64,000 nt of DNA from Trichoplax sp. H2 (Eukaryota): positions 62,001-126,000 of the forward strand of contig NOWV01000114.1 in assembly GCA_003344405.1 (NCBI GenBank), read 5' to 3'. The notes below the pieces were generated by a model. It did not search any database and was not told the DNA's origin. It was given only the letters and a program-made list of their open reading frames with translations. Positions 13,701-32,262 of the stretch are shown here, piece by piece; position 1 is the first letter of the stretch; each line of letters begins with the position of its first letter. Position numbers and translations under genes: made by a program.

Positions 13701-16700
13701 AGCTTTCATTACACGCGTTCCAGCCGTTTCAATTAAGAAGAATTACCTTAAGCCTCAATATTTCAACGGCTATTAATATGGCCAAAACTGGTAACAAGAA
13801 TTTTATTACATGTATACGTAAAGGCAGCATCCACAGTAACTAATATAACCTATTACTTGCTCAATACTTAATATTTTACGCTATCGTATCAAAACTACTT
13901 CCACCTCTGTCCTTGTGCTGATTTATTTAATCAATTAATGTTTCTCTCTTATATGCTACGCAAGATAACTATGACGACATAGTTCAGTCACATGCTATAC
14001 TGTCTCTCCGAGCAAGTGCCTACGTAATCTTTAGTATTCTGTTCGACAACGAAATTATATTTTCAAAGAGAACAAAATCACAACCGACCGTTGAGAAATA
14101 TTTGGAAAATAGTCAATCAATCAGATTGATATGGCCGATATCTGAAATTATTTCTTTTCATGATATTCAATCCCAATCTGGTTCTCGTGAAGCTCATGCA
14201 AGAATGTATATTGAATTAAAGTATCAAACAGATTTAGATGGTGACGATAAATTGCTAGGATATGCTATAATCTCTATGAAAAAATTACAAAATGATAACC
14301 CAAATCTTATTCGTTGGTCTTTGGAGTCACTCACATTGAAAAGTGACTTGATTTCCCTTGATAATCATCATAATTCTAACTGGCAGTCCAGCCACTCGCT
14401 AGCTTCTGATAAGTTATCAAAGTCTATAAAGTCATGCATAATTGCTTCTGTAGTAAGTGAAAATCTTTCGGAACATCTATCTCTACAAATGATTGATCCC
14501 AACATCTGGACGCCTCAACTTCAGCCAACTGAAACTGTCCATATTACTGAATTAACAAGTGATCTCGACTTTTATATCGACTCAATCCGTTACCTGCCAG
14601 ATAATGCAACTATTATTAAGGTAATAAGACTAAACGCGAGCGGCAATGTGTAAATGAGCGATCATTTACTGCATCTTCAAGTAATTGAATAAACTTTCAC
14701 TTTAGATTGCAATGTACAAATCTCGATTAAATCGACTGATATTTATCGCGTAAAATCCATACTTAATAGTTACAGAAGTATTTTAAATTTTTAATGTCTT
14801 ATTCTCTCTTTAGGTAGCTTATTCACTTTTTACCTCCTCTTGGGAAAAAATTAATTTCGTACCTGCCGATCAGTCGACTTCTTACCCAATTCTAACTTCA
14901 TCTGCAAAATGCCCGAAATTCACGTATCGATACTCCTTTGTTTCTGATAATAGTGACAAAGATATTTTGTGTTGGGAGCGCAACACAATATTGTTAATTC
15001 GCATTTTGACTGTTGATCTTCACTTCGGTAATGTCGCTGTACTCGGAAATGGATATTTACCGATTTTTACTAGGATAGATGATAAGGTATCGCTTTATTC
15101 CTAAAACTATTCTTGAACTTTAACAGTTGCTGAATTTAAATTATATTACTTTTTATACTATGAAGACAACCCTCAATTTTGGTGGACACCAGTTGGTAAT
15201 TTATCAAAATTTACCAGAACGAAATCAGTCACTAACCATGGAAAATATCGCACGCTTTTGTGTAAAAGTACCTGCAGCATCTATTGTAGTAAGGTTGACT
15301 CCCCATACCAAAGTAAGATATTGTTTATGATGGTACATGTATCAGTTTGTATTCAGCCATAGAGGAATTCTTTGGCTTAATTTAATATTTTTAAACTGTA
15401 AATAGCACAATAATTACGTGCTATTCATTATTTAGTATACGCTAATTTTAATTTAGATACATACTTAATATTGGATATCTTGTTGCAGGACTATGTTTCA
15501 CAACCAGAGTATACAAGTGGATATTACAAAACAGAAGCTTGTTATCCTACGAAGTCTGAAATAGACGTGATAAATCATTACTTAACTACCACAACCTATT
15601 CTTCTACTGTAGCAGATATTACCAAATCATTGATTCTGAAGGATAAGCCAGTAGTTCGTCAAGCAGCTCATCACTTAATGCGTGCAAATCATGACAGATC
15701 AACCTTATCAGCTCAAGCTGTCGGCAACGCTGTTAATCAGTTTAGGAAAAAAGTCTCTTTAGCGCGCTCTGCTGCTGTTGTTTCTAAAGGAATATATGAT
15801 GATGCAGTAAGTAATGCAAGTACAATCAACGATGCCAATAGCATATCGACTGAGAATTTATCGCCAAAGCAACATATTAGTACAGAAGCTAAGCAGGAGA
15901 TAAATATGTACATAAAGTCTCGTTTTCGTACAAAAGATCAATTATCTTATCTTGATTTATCTCGCTCTGTGCTATACGAAGAGTCAGTTGGTTTAACAGT
16001 AAAACTCGATAGACTTTATGGAATGCAATCGAAGGGCTACTTAAATGTCTTCTGTTACACATGGATGAATAAGCGTTCTAATGATGAAGGAAACTGTCTT
16101 TTACTTTCTCACAAACGAGACTGCTGGCATAAAACCGCATCACCTTTATTCATCGATTCCCAGCATGTTAGCGCTGATTTTTGCAAAGCAAAAACTAAAA
16201 CTGGCGTTATCTAATAATTATGTTTTTACTTTCTAACATAGAAATTTCAGTCTCCATATGGTCATGCTGTTGCTTTAGTCCTTATGGTTTACGGTGTGGA
16301 GAGATTTAATTACATTCCTACTACGAACACGCAAAGTGGAACTACCATTGCACAAAATGATCCAGACTTAGATCCGAAATATATCGGCTGGAGCATATTA
16401 CCACTGTTCAGCAGGTCCTACATTCAATACAATTTCCATATTCAGACTAACGCATTTGATACTTAATTAAGTCATAACAAATATGGCATCTTTATAATTG
16501 TAAGATATTTAAACATTAAATCATCTTACGAATAGTAACTGCGTTGCCTGTTCCAAATATTTATTGCCATTATATGACAACTACCCACAGGTATTAATTT
16601 ATAATTAAACTAGCTTTTGGTAATTGTATCTTCAAAATTCATACTTTTTTCTGGTTAATTAATAATTTTAAAGGCGGCTTTGTCAATATCTCCGACAAAG

Positions 16701-17265
16701 ACAATATCAAGTCTTTTGCAAACAGCTATCAAGCAGCAAAAAATTTCTGTTCTAGTAAGATTGCAAAGGTTTTTGTAACGTTTTAGGGTAGCAGTTACCA
16801 CTCTTTAAGCACTAAAATCAAACACGTGTTTTACTATCATCTATTTAGCCGACTGCAAGTCTCGAAATTAGTCTTTGGGATGGTCACTTTTCCCAAGATG
16901 AATGCTATCCGTTGAGGGTATCTATTTACATAAGCTTTACACAGACACCAAGATATCCTAAGGACATATTTATTATTTCTCGCAGTCGATATATAAACCA
17001 ACTATTAATTAATAGTGGAATATGATTCTTAATATGTAAATTGTAGGTAAACAACGACTTCTTCCAGTTGGGTGATGCAGATCGACTCCAGAGCACGATT
17101 TTGAGTGATACTTTTGAGTGTGGAACATTGATGGAATTCTTTATTGAATCTCTACCAGAAAAAGATAAAAAGCCGTCAGAAGAATTACTAGCAGATGCAT
17201 TTCGTAGTTTCGAAGTACACCTTAATGAAATAATGGAAAAGAAATTGGCAAGTAGTATCATTTAG
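10760..17265 (+). CDS. Large uncharacterised multi-exon protein: TBC/RabGAP-like helical region followed by about three putative C2-type domains
   Basis: About 20 in-frame GT-AG exons, including ORFs 11359, 11689, 12682, 12934, 13448, 14102, 15127, 15471, 16284 and 17068. KWMVEMFTGILNLPSVMFVLDQLL resembles a TBC C-terminus. LLGYAII, LGNGYLPIF...LNFGGHQLVIY and IGWSILPLF...V...KYLLPLY resemble C2 strand motifs. Domain calls and the start codon are inference. Confidence 0.7.
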
Positions 17266-17745
17266 CAACACATGTTGCGTAACGAAGATAATTCCATAAC
17301 TACTACAAGTACATCTTTCTCGAAATTTTTAGAGACAGGACCATAATCAAGAAGGAAGTTACTAAACTACTATGTTGAATAATAAAGCGACAAATATGAT
17401 GGCATGTATTTTAGATCTTCTGTCATGTCATACATATTAAATGATATGTAATAATGTTGCTATTTGACGTATGTAGCTTACATAAAAGATACTGTATATT
17501 GTATACGTGTACGTGTATGTGATACTCGATAACGACACACTAAATCTTTCAACGAGGAGTGCCAGAATTTTGACCTTGATTTCTTCAAAATTTTAAATGA
17601 AGCGAAAACCGCATTAAAAATAGCGGATCCATTTTCAATTGCTGGCAATTATTTTATTTTATCATAAACTACCTTCTATTCTGTAACAGTACCTTATCTT
17701 ATAAAGGAGATATATTTAATCATTGGTATTAATAAAAAGAAACGG

Positions 17746-19107
17746 CTAATTCTTTCGGAGTTTATTTATAAGAGTAGCCTGATAGTAAAAGCCATCGCCA
17801 AGAGTCGCTTGCTGTCGTCGTTAGTAGCAATGTAAAATACATGGTAAGTCCCATATCAATTCCATTTACGTAAATAATTATAATTTAAAGGGTACAAGAC
17901 TTAGATATTTGATCATAGATATTTAATATCGCAAAATCAATCGCTAATTAGCCAGACAAACTTTATTAATTCTTTGATGTTGTTCTTTAGAAACGATTTC
18001 TTCAAGGATCTCACCACTGCCTTTGATTAACCTGAAAGATTAACTGATTAAATAAATTTATTTATGAAATCATATCGGTGCTACTACCGTGAATGCGTAT
18101 CAAAAATAAACGAATACAAACTAGCCTGAATAAGCTGAGTATGATATAAAATTTAGTATACTGACACAGCTTGAAGTACGGATGATATAAAATGATGAAT
18201 GTCATTTCAAGAAATTGGCGAAAATGTACTGACAAATGATCACTAGACGGAGAAGGGTGCTAAATGCATACGTCATACACACAGCAGTATCTAGATGCTG
18301 TACATATTTACAGTAATTCGCGTAAAATTTAAGCGTAGTTAACAAGCTTGTCTTGTAGTTCGACTTTCGAATTACTAACTGACATTTCCAGTATTTCTCC
18401 GTACTCCGGTACTGTAGCTAAACTGTGCTAGTAATCATATTGATATGTATAACTAGAATATAACCACATAAACTAGATATGGTGAAGATCGGAATGTATT
18501 TTCGAAAAATGTTTACTGTTAATAATGTGTAATTTACCTATTTCTGCCGGTTTCTGGATCATAAACTCTTCTTATGACGCTTTGTTGCTTGTCCCATTCT
18601 TCTTTCGTCATAGGTGCAAAATTTTTCTGTTGTTCAACAGGTCCTAAGATAATCAGTACACGATTAAAAATGATACCACATCATGCACTCAGATCCAATA
18701 AAACGTCTAATCTAGAACTGTTTCTTTAGTAAATCGAGGTGAATTACTGTACTGTATTATAATTTTTTTATTTTATAATGATAATTATTATTACTTTGCA
18801 GCTAATACATCATACTGTACTCATAAGATAATAAAATCATAACTGTGCTATGCAAACCCGTCGAAGCATCCTTCTGGGAAGTCTTCGCTGCTGCGTCGTC
18901 GGCGTCCTGTGAATTTTTGTATTTTTTATCCTTTCTTTTTTCTTTCTTAGCAGACTTATTATCCTTCTTGTTTTTTTTCGATTTTTTCTTTGAATGTTTC
19001 TTTTTTTCGTGGCTATCTTCCGATGAATGCTTTCTTTTGTTTTTATTCAAACATTGACCATCATTCTTCGGATTTAACGCAAATTTATGATATCCTTTGT
19101 CACTCAT
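17746..19107 (-). CDS. ARL6IP4: ADP-ribosylation factor-like 6 interacting protein 4 (SR-25 family splicing-related protein)
   Basis: A Lys-rich first exon (ORF 18802-19107) is followed by [27 protein letters not shown] / [23 protein letters not shown] / QATLGDG, the conserved SR-25 C-terminus. Confidence 0.93.
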
Positions 19108-19322
19108 GATTATTGGAATTCGGTCTTCGATTTATGCGTATTATACTCGTATAATTATAACCATATCTATTGGTCTAATCGTAATTTAGTTATTCAATGA
19201 TGAATGATGATATGGATAACTACCGCACAAAGTGCGGATGGATCTAGTAGAGATATAAAAAATTATTTTAAACTATCTCTACTAGCATAATATCGTCGAC
19301 GATCAAGAACCACAATGTGTGA

Positions 19323-19702
19323 CATACAGTACAGTATACAGATAGTAGTATAGTACTGTACAGTATACTGTGCATGATATGAAGTACAGTACTGTACAGT
19401 ACTGTACTGTACTGTACTGTACAAAGCCTACTGTACATTGTACTGTACAGTACCGTATGAAGAAGGAAAGCTACAGTACAGCACAGTATTGCACTCATCC
19501 CACACAGTACAATGTACGGTGTACTACAGTACTATACGGTACTCCATGATGCACTTCAGACTACAGTACAGTACAGTACTGTATACTGTACTGTACTGTA
19601 CAGTTCGTACAGTAATGTACAGTACTTTGACTCACTTGAAACCATTATGGTAAAACACTACAGTACTATACTGTACGTACTGTGCTGTACTGTACGTACT
19701 GT
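19323..19702. repeat. (ACAGT/ACTGT)n array between divergent ARL6IP4 and S6 kinase
   Basis: Dense tacag/ctgta runs lie between the ARL6IP4 ATG (19107, -) and the S6K ATG (19862, +). Confidence 0.95.
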
Positions 19703-19861
19703 AAGTAATCTAACATTAGGAATTTTAATCGAACTCAAATCCTTTCTGGTGGTTCTTAACCATCTGCATCTTACTCGTTTTACTCGTAAATCACTCGTTA
19801 TTCATAGTCTTTATCAATTTTAGATTATATCCTAGGCGTAGGTTTATCAATATTCGAAGCT

Positions 19862-25629
<5,768 letters not shown>

Positions 25630-28600
25630 CCGTATTTGTGAAATTGGAAATTACGATGTTAAATTTACAATTAGAAGAAACATTTCTTTGCTGTGTTTAT
25701 TTACTGTTTTATAGTTGCACTGTGCTTGAGCGACAATCTCATTACTGTACCAGTTTCAGCTATTCTGATGTTTAACCAGGAATGACATTACTTAATAGCT
25801 TGGTATAAAATGATTCAGGAATTACTATATTGATTTTTAGGAGTACATTTACTCCGTGAATATATGTAACGATCTTACTACATCGTTATTAAACGAAAAC
25901 ACATTTATTAAGACACCAAAAATTAGACAGCTCACTTGTAATATGATCTACAAGTATTGTCTTGCACAATTTAAAATTTCTACTGGCTTACACTCACCTT
26001 AATGTTTATTATATACAGGTAAAGGGATGCAGTACATTGTGCTGTCAATACTATTTTATTATCGATGTTAAATAGTTTTATTAAAAATTGCTCATATGTT
26101 CTAAAATTCTGTTGGTTTCAACTTCTATTGAAAATTCAGTATTAAAAGATCATGCCATTATTTGAAATTTAGCATACGTTGTGTCTAATTTCTGTACATA
26201 CAATCATGGACTACTAGAAGTAGAAGTAGTCCATGGTATAGTACATACGAGTACATGTGAACGTTGATGACTCCAAAGCCTTAGAAGATATATATTCTTA
26301 TCTCTGAAATTTCATAACAGTCATCACTTCTTCATCATGCTTTGAAGTCAACTTGTTTTAATCTGTTTTATTTAAGTTAAGGATAATTGTAATAACAGCA
26401 AACACGACTGTTAACAATAGTGAATAGTTGTAAACTAGAAATAATTCGATATTGAATTCGCTGTAACTTACTCGCAAGAATAGCGAAACTTAATAATGGA
26501 AAAGAAAATACGAATATGCTTGTTTTGGGGCTCAAACAATTATCGATTTTAACACTTTAGCTAAAACACAACAAACTACATTCCTTGGATATTTGCGATT
26601 CCTACTTACAATGATGTATCTACGCGAAAAGAAAAGATTATAGCCTTCTCCAAATATAATGTCAGATATATTAGATCATTTTGACTAAATGCATTAAGTA
26701 AGATTGGTGTAACAATTAACCTGTTATAAGTACTTCTTGATCTAACATATTTGTACCTTCATTCATTCTGTTCTACATTCTATTCCATGCACAACATCTG
26801 TAGGCATACTCATGGACTATTAGTATTCCACGATCCTGTGAACTGGAAACTATCCAGTACACAACATACATTTACTAAACGTAGGAAAGATTACCGTCGA
26901 AAAAGGTAACGCTATTACACTGCAAGTATCCTAAGCTGTAGTACCGAGACATATTAATGTACAATAGGGAAAGTAGTTTACGGCGATACAGTCTTTTAGA
27001 TCAAGTGGTGCACCCCTTTTGTATCTCATGATTGTACTTGAGTTCTTTAAATTACATGCAACTACCTTAGCAGTAACTTTATAACGTAAACTTAACATAG
27101 AAATAAGAACTTGACGTCTCGAAGGAACTACATGTACTGTAATACTACAGAAATCTCTATTTTACTAGACATCGGGCCAGTAACTTCTAAATGGCCGCAT
27201 TTCTTATGTTACTATATACATCCACACATTTGCCATTTCTAATAATTAAATAATCAAATCATCACGGCTAACTTATGCTCTAAGCGTGCAGAATTACGCT
27301 GCAAATTAACATTTCTTGTTCGATATTCCAAATACAGTAAAACGGGCCCTAATATATTACTGTAAATTAATGCTATTGTAAGATACATAAACTGGCAAAC
27401 GTAGTACCATATCAAGTTTATTCCTTAATAACATACTCATAACGGAATTTCGGACGTGTGTAACGGCCAATGTCGGAAATGTAGTCAGCTGGCTGTTCCA
27501 TATGCTTTGTATCAATATACACGTAGGGTAGCTACTTAACACATAGAGTATCATGCTCAGAATAAAACGCAGGTATTTCAGGGTTAGCTGTATCAATGAC
27601 TTCAATAATAAATTTTAGTTTAAAAAATATTAATCATAGTTCGTAAGTGTATAGCTTTAACATTCCTTCAAAAATTTTAACTTTCAGTTTAATTGTTTAG
27701 AGCGAATAATCAAATGATTATCTAAGCTTCAATTACATAATTTTATATATATTATATACTAAAACAGGATATATGTCCATATAACGGGTTCTAAAATATA
27801 GTTCTATCGGCCGTTTTTAAAAATATAAAGTAGCCCAGATCCTACATAAAATGTGGATAAGTATTGTATTGTTATGTCTTTCTTTAAATATAAAGTTAAG
27901 AATCATAGACAACATCAAGTTAATTCAACACTGAAGGAAACCACAACAGGATGGTTAAAGTAGTAAATTGGTAACTAAAGCAGTATTTTTCTTATCTAAT
28001 ATAATCTCATACACAATTGCATGCGTTTTCTTCATTGCAATGATAATTATGACATTAACATATTTGATTAAGCGTAGCCACACACAGCAGAAGAAATTTT
28101 GATTATTTTCGTGGTTTATTAACTTGTTTTACAGGTAACAGGCTTCTCCATGGATAAATTTTTTTACGAAAATAGAATTACAGAAAAACTTTAACATCTA
28201 AGCATCACTCATTATCTGAAATATAAAATCTAAATACGATGACAACCCTCTAATATTCTAACTAGAATAATAATGAGCTATACTTATAAGTAAAGACAAT
28301 ATCTAGTTGAATAATAGTGTGTTTCATAATATATAAAATAAGCGATCTAAATGAGAGGGAAGCAAAAGAATATAAGAAGTTCTATTAAATTCTTCTTGAT
28401 TGATTGAAATTCTTTCGGGTTTAATTTAATATTTACAATGCAAGCTGTTTATAGCATTGTGTAAGCAATACACTCTTGGGCTTCATTGTCTTGGCTGTCA
28501 TGGAAACAATCATAGATTAATTTAGTCTTAAATTTCAAATTTCACCCGACAACAACGTTGCACAGATTTCATATTTAAGCATAGCCAGGTAAGGTGTAAT

Positions 28601-29850
28601 TGTGTTCCTACATGTGAAGCCTTATTGATATCATTCTTTTTTCATTAGATATATTGAAATAGCAGTATAATCAGGATTTGCATTTCTTACCGCATGCTTA
28701 TTTAGGAAATGGCGATGATAGAATAGCGCATCAGCGAATTTTTAACACGCAATAGCTGCTATTAACTACTGTGGTTCTCTGTAAACATTATATGTATATA
28801 TAATTCCAGATATTAATCTACTGATATAAAAGATGAAATTTCAAAAAGCGATATGTAAAGAATAGAAAAGAGGTATTGTTACCTTTACATTTATCTATGA
28901 AAAGCAAAAATCTACAACAATATCCATTCAATACTTGAACTAACTACATTTACAACGTTATTAGAACAACTTTCGTCTTAGAAGTTATAGATACGAGGTA
29001 AATTCAAATCTATACCAAATTTGTAGCTTATATGTAGACAGTTCTAATAGTAATATGGTCAAAAATGCGGTAATAGTTGGGTTGAGATTCATAAAACCCA
29101 ATTTTTATACCAACGTGTGAAATTCATTTAAGAAATATAGAGAATACTTATACATACGAGTTAAAAAAAATTTAGCCACTAATAATTTCAGTTCTATTCG
29201 TTTGGGTCTAAGATAAAAAAGTTCCACGCAATAAGTTAGCCTTTATTTCATTATTAGCTTCAAAGCCAATCGGATATCTTCCTCTTCATATTTAAACGAC
29301 TTACTGGCGTATGAAATAAGAGTGGCTTGCCATGCTACTAAAATCATACAAATCTTTTGCTCGCATATACTATAGATTGATCAGGAAAACTTTGGTATTA
29401 TAGCTTTTAAGATACAGGCCTGTCTTGCTTGGATTATTTCTTTGTTTAAACCAATATAAAAACTATTTATAGTTACGTAATATTTAAAGCATAACTGTCT
29501 CAAGGGAACTGTAGACTATAATGGATTGATATTGAGAATGTCTTTCTAAATTAAATTGCAAACTATACAATGATTGGTTGGTTAGATTTTTAAAGTATCT
29601 ACTGCGGCATCCTTCCATTGCCACTACGTGTATTTATTCATGCTAATTTATTAGAATGACAAGTATGCTATTATTCCTGCGTCATTTTTAGGCCTTTATT
29701 AGTCTACAAATACTTTGAACATCACTACATAACAATTAAATGATTCCTTATCTCACTGTTTAAGTTAATGTTATCGTTTTCACATTATATAATCTATGTT
29801 ATTGAATTTTTAAATCTTGATCTGGCCTTTCGATCACGTTTACCTGAAGA

Positions 29851-32262
29851 ATGACGAATCACTTAACCTCTAAAGATCTTAAATTTGAGGGGACTAACAG
29901 CTTAGCGACAATGAGTACAACAACACTAGATGAAATTCCTTTCAAGTATACCACAAAATCGATTTCTTTCTTTCGTGATGATACAACGACGACACGAGGA
30001 CGGCATTATCAGTTGATGAAAATTATGATTTTGATATTGCTGCCTTGTATTGGATTGTTTGTGGAAAGTTGTATTACCTTTGTCAATGCTATTCAAAATA
30101 GCCAAGCGTACGAAGAAATACAAGAAGTTATCAGTCTATCTTCAGCTTATACAACACTAGTTCATCAATTACAATTAGAGCGTAGCCAAAGCGTCTATTA
30201 TGTCGCAAGCAATTATAGTTACATTAATTTGCGTTCACTAATCGCTAGTCAACGCACAACGAACAAAACTTTAAGACTTAAATTAAGCGAATATCCACAA
30301 ACTATTAATTTAACATTTGGTAATCAAGTTAGATTACTTCAGCATTTGCAAAAACATCGCGACACCGTAATCCGGTTAAAAAATTCTGATCCGAATCAAG
30401 AATTGCTCTTTTATAGTAACATTATTAATACTTTACTAACTTGGGTTAATTATAATTTCAAAAAGTCATCTCACTTCAACATTTGGCAACATTCAGTTGC
30501 TTATCATTCGTTGCTTTTAGGCAAAGAACAAGTTGCTTATTTTACTTCCTTTGCCAGCCTGTATTACGTCCAATTCCCATTTAATACGCGAGGGCGTGAT
30601 CAATTGATTCAACTACGTAGCAGTGCTGAAGCACATTTTCGAAATGCGTTCTATTATTCATCGAAAGCATCAAAATTTTTTTCACAAAATATATCTACGT
30701 CGTATCAGCAAAGTTACATGGACTATAACTTGACCGTTATTTATAAAAATCAACTTCGTATTTTGTCTATACAAGGTGGCTATACTTGGTTATCAATTAC
30801 AAATACTTATCTACAGTTACTCGAAACTATGAACAGCCTGGTTGTTGATCAAATTAATTCTATTGCTATACGCTTAGATCGCGATTCTCATGTTGATATT
30901 ATCTTGTCATCAACATTATTAGTAGTTGTCTTCATTGCTTGTCCAATTTTAATTGGCATTATGTACAAATTATTACGTAATATCCAACTATTAGCTATTC
31001 ATTTATCCAAGCAGACCCAACAATTGCAAGATGAACGCGCGAGAGCAAATCAATTACTTTACCAAATGCTACCGAAATTTGTCGCCAATCAGCTAAAACA
31101 AGGCTATAATGTATCAGCTGAAACATTTGAAGATGTTACTATTTATTTCAGTGATATTGTTGGATTCACTGTTATCTGTCATCGTATAACAGCTTTACAA
31201 GTTGTTCAAATGCTAAATATATTATACGAAATATTTGATAGTAAAGTAGACAAGTATGATGCATATAAAATCGAAACTGTCGGCGATGCGTACATGGTTG
31301 CTTCTGGTCTGCCAAGGCGAATACCAAATCGTCGTCATGCTAGAGAAATTGCCGACTTAGCTCTTGATTTACAAAGTGAAATCCAAGGGATTAAAATATC
31401 GACTATGCCAGATCAATTAATAAGATTGAGAGCCGGAATTCATACGGGTTGGAATTAAGTACTATATATGAATATTACGCAATATGCCCGACAACATATT
31501 GTGATTATCAAAACTAACGAATAGTTTCATTAGATAGTAATAGTTTAATATATCACAACAATGCTATGTATTAACACGGATTTTGTTTTATTCACGTTGC
31601 TATTATCAGTACAGCCATACAATAATTTAACCAGAATCAAGAGATATTTCAATAGTAATCCAAATGTTCTAACTTATCTCGTTAATTTTTTAACTAGGTC
31701 CTTGTGCAGCTGGCGTAGTCGGTAATAAAACGCCTCGATATTGCCTTTTTGGAGACACTGTTAACATTGCCTCAAGAATGGAATCTCACGGACAAGGTAG
31801 CTGAGGCCAATTATCATGCTGGATTTCCGATATTTCGTAATAACGCTTGTGCAATGTACAGTACATTTATCCAAGAGTTACGTATAAGTGCTCAATTGCA
31901 GTAATTCTTCCACAATTAGATCATGAAATTTTGTAATAGTTTATCGATAATAAGTTCAATAGTTAATTTAATCAAATTGTATTGATTTATCTAGCTGCGA
32001 AGATTCACGTTAGTAAAAATTGTAAGACAGCATTAGATCATATTGGTGGATATATTCTGAATAGCAGAGGTCATGTGACAGTCAAGGTACTATGGAATTA
32101 TGAAAACGTTTAAAACTTAAAGTATTAAATATCATCAGCTGAGAACCTTTATGCTATTATATAACTATGCCATCGTCAATTTTTTAGGGAATAGGAGTTA
32201 TGAAGACATTTTGGCTAGAAGATAAAGCTGTAAAGGCTTCTTTAAGTGAAAGCACCGTGTAA
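29851..32262 (+). CDS. Membrane NIT-domain guanylate cyclase (TM-NIT-TM-coiled coil-cyclase); exons 29851-31447, 31698-31796, 31995-32086, 32188-32262
   Basis: The NIT signature [10 protein letters not shown] lies between two hydrophobic segments, followed by the signalling helix [14 protein letters not shown]. Cyclase motifs [31 protein letters not shown] and [18 protein letters not shown] include the GTP-specifying E and C residues. There is no kinase-homology domain. Confidence 0.92.

Noticed and set aside
18135-18235. TGATGA...CTGA box C/D-like words in an ARL6IP4 intron
   Set aside because: They are on the strand opposite the host gene, and no terminal stem or rRNA guide was identifiable.
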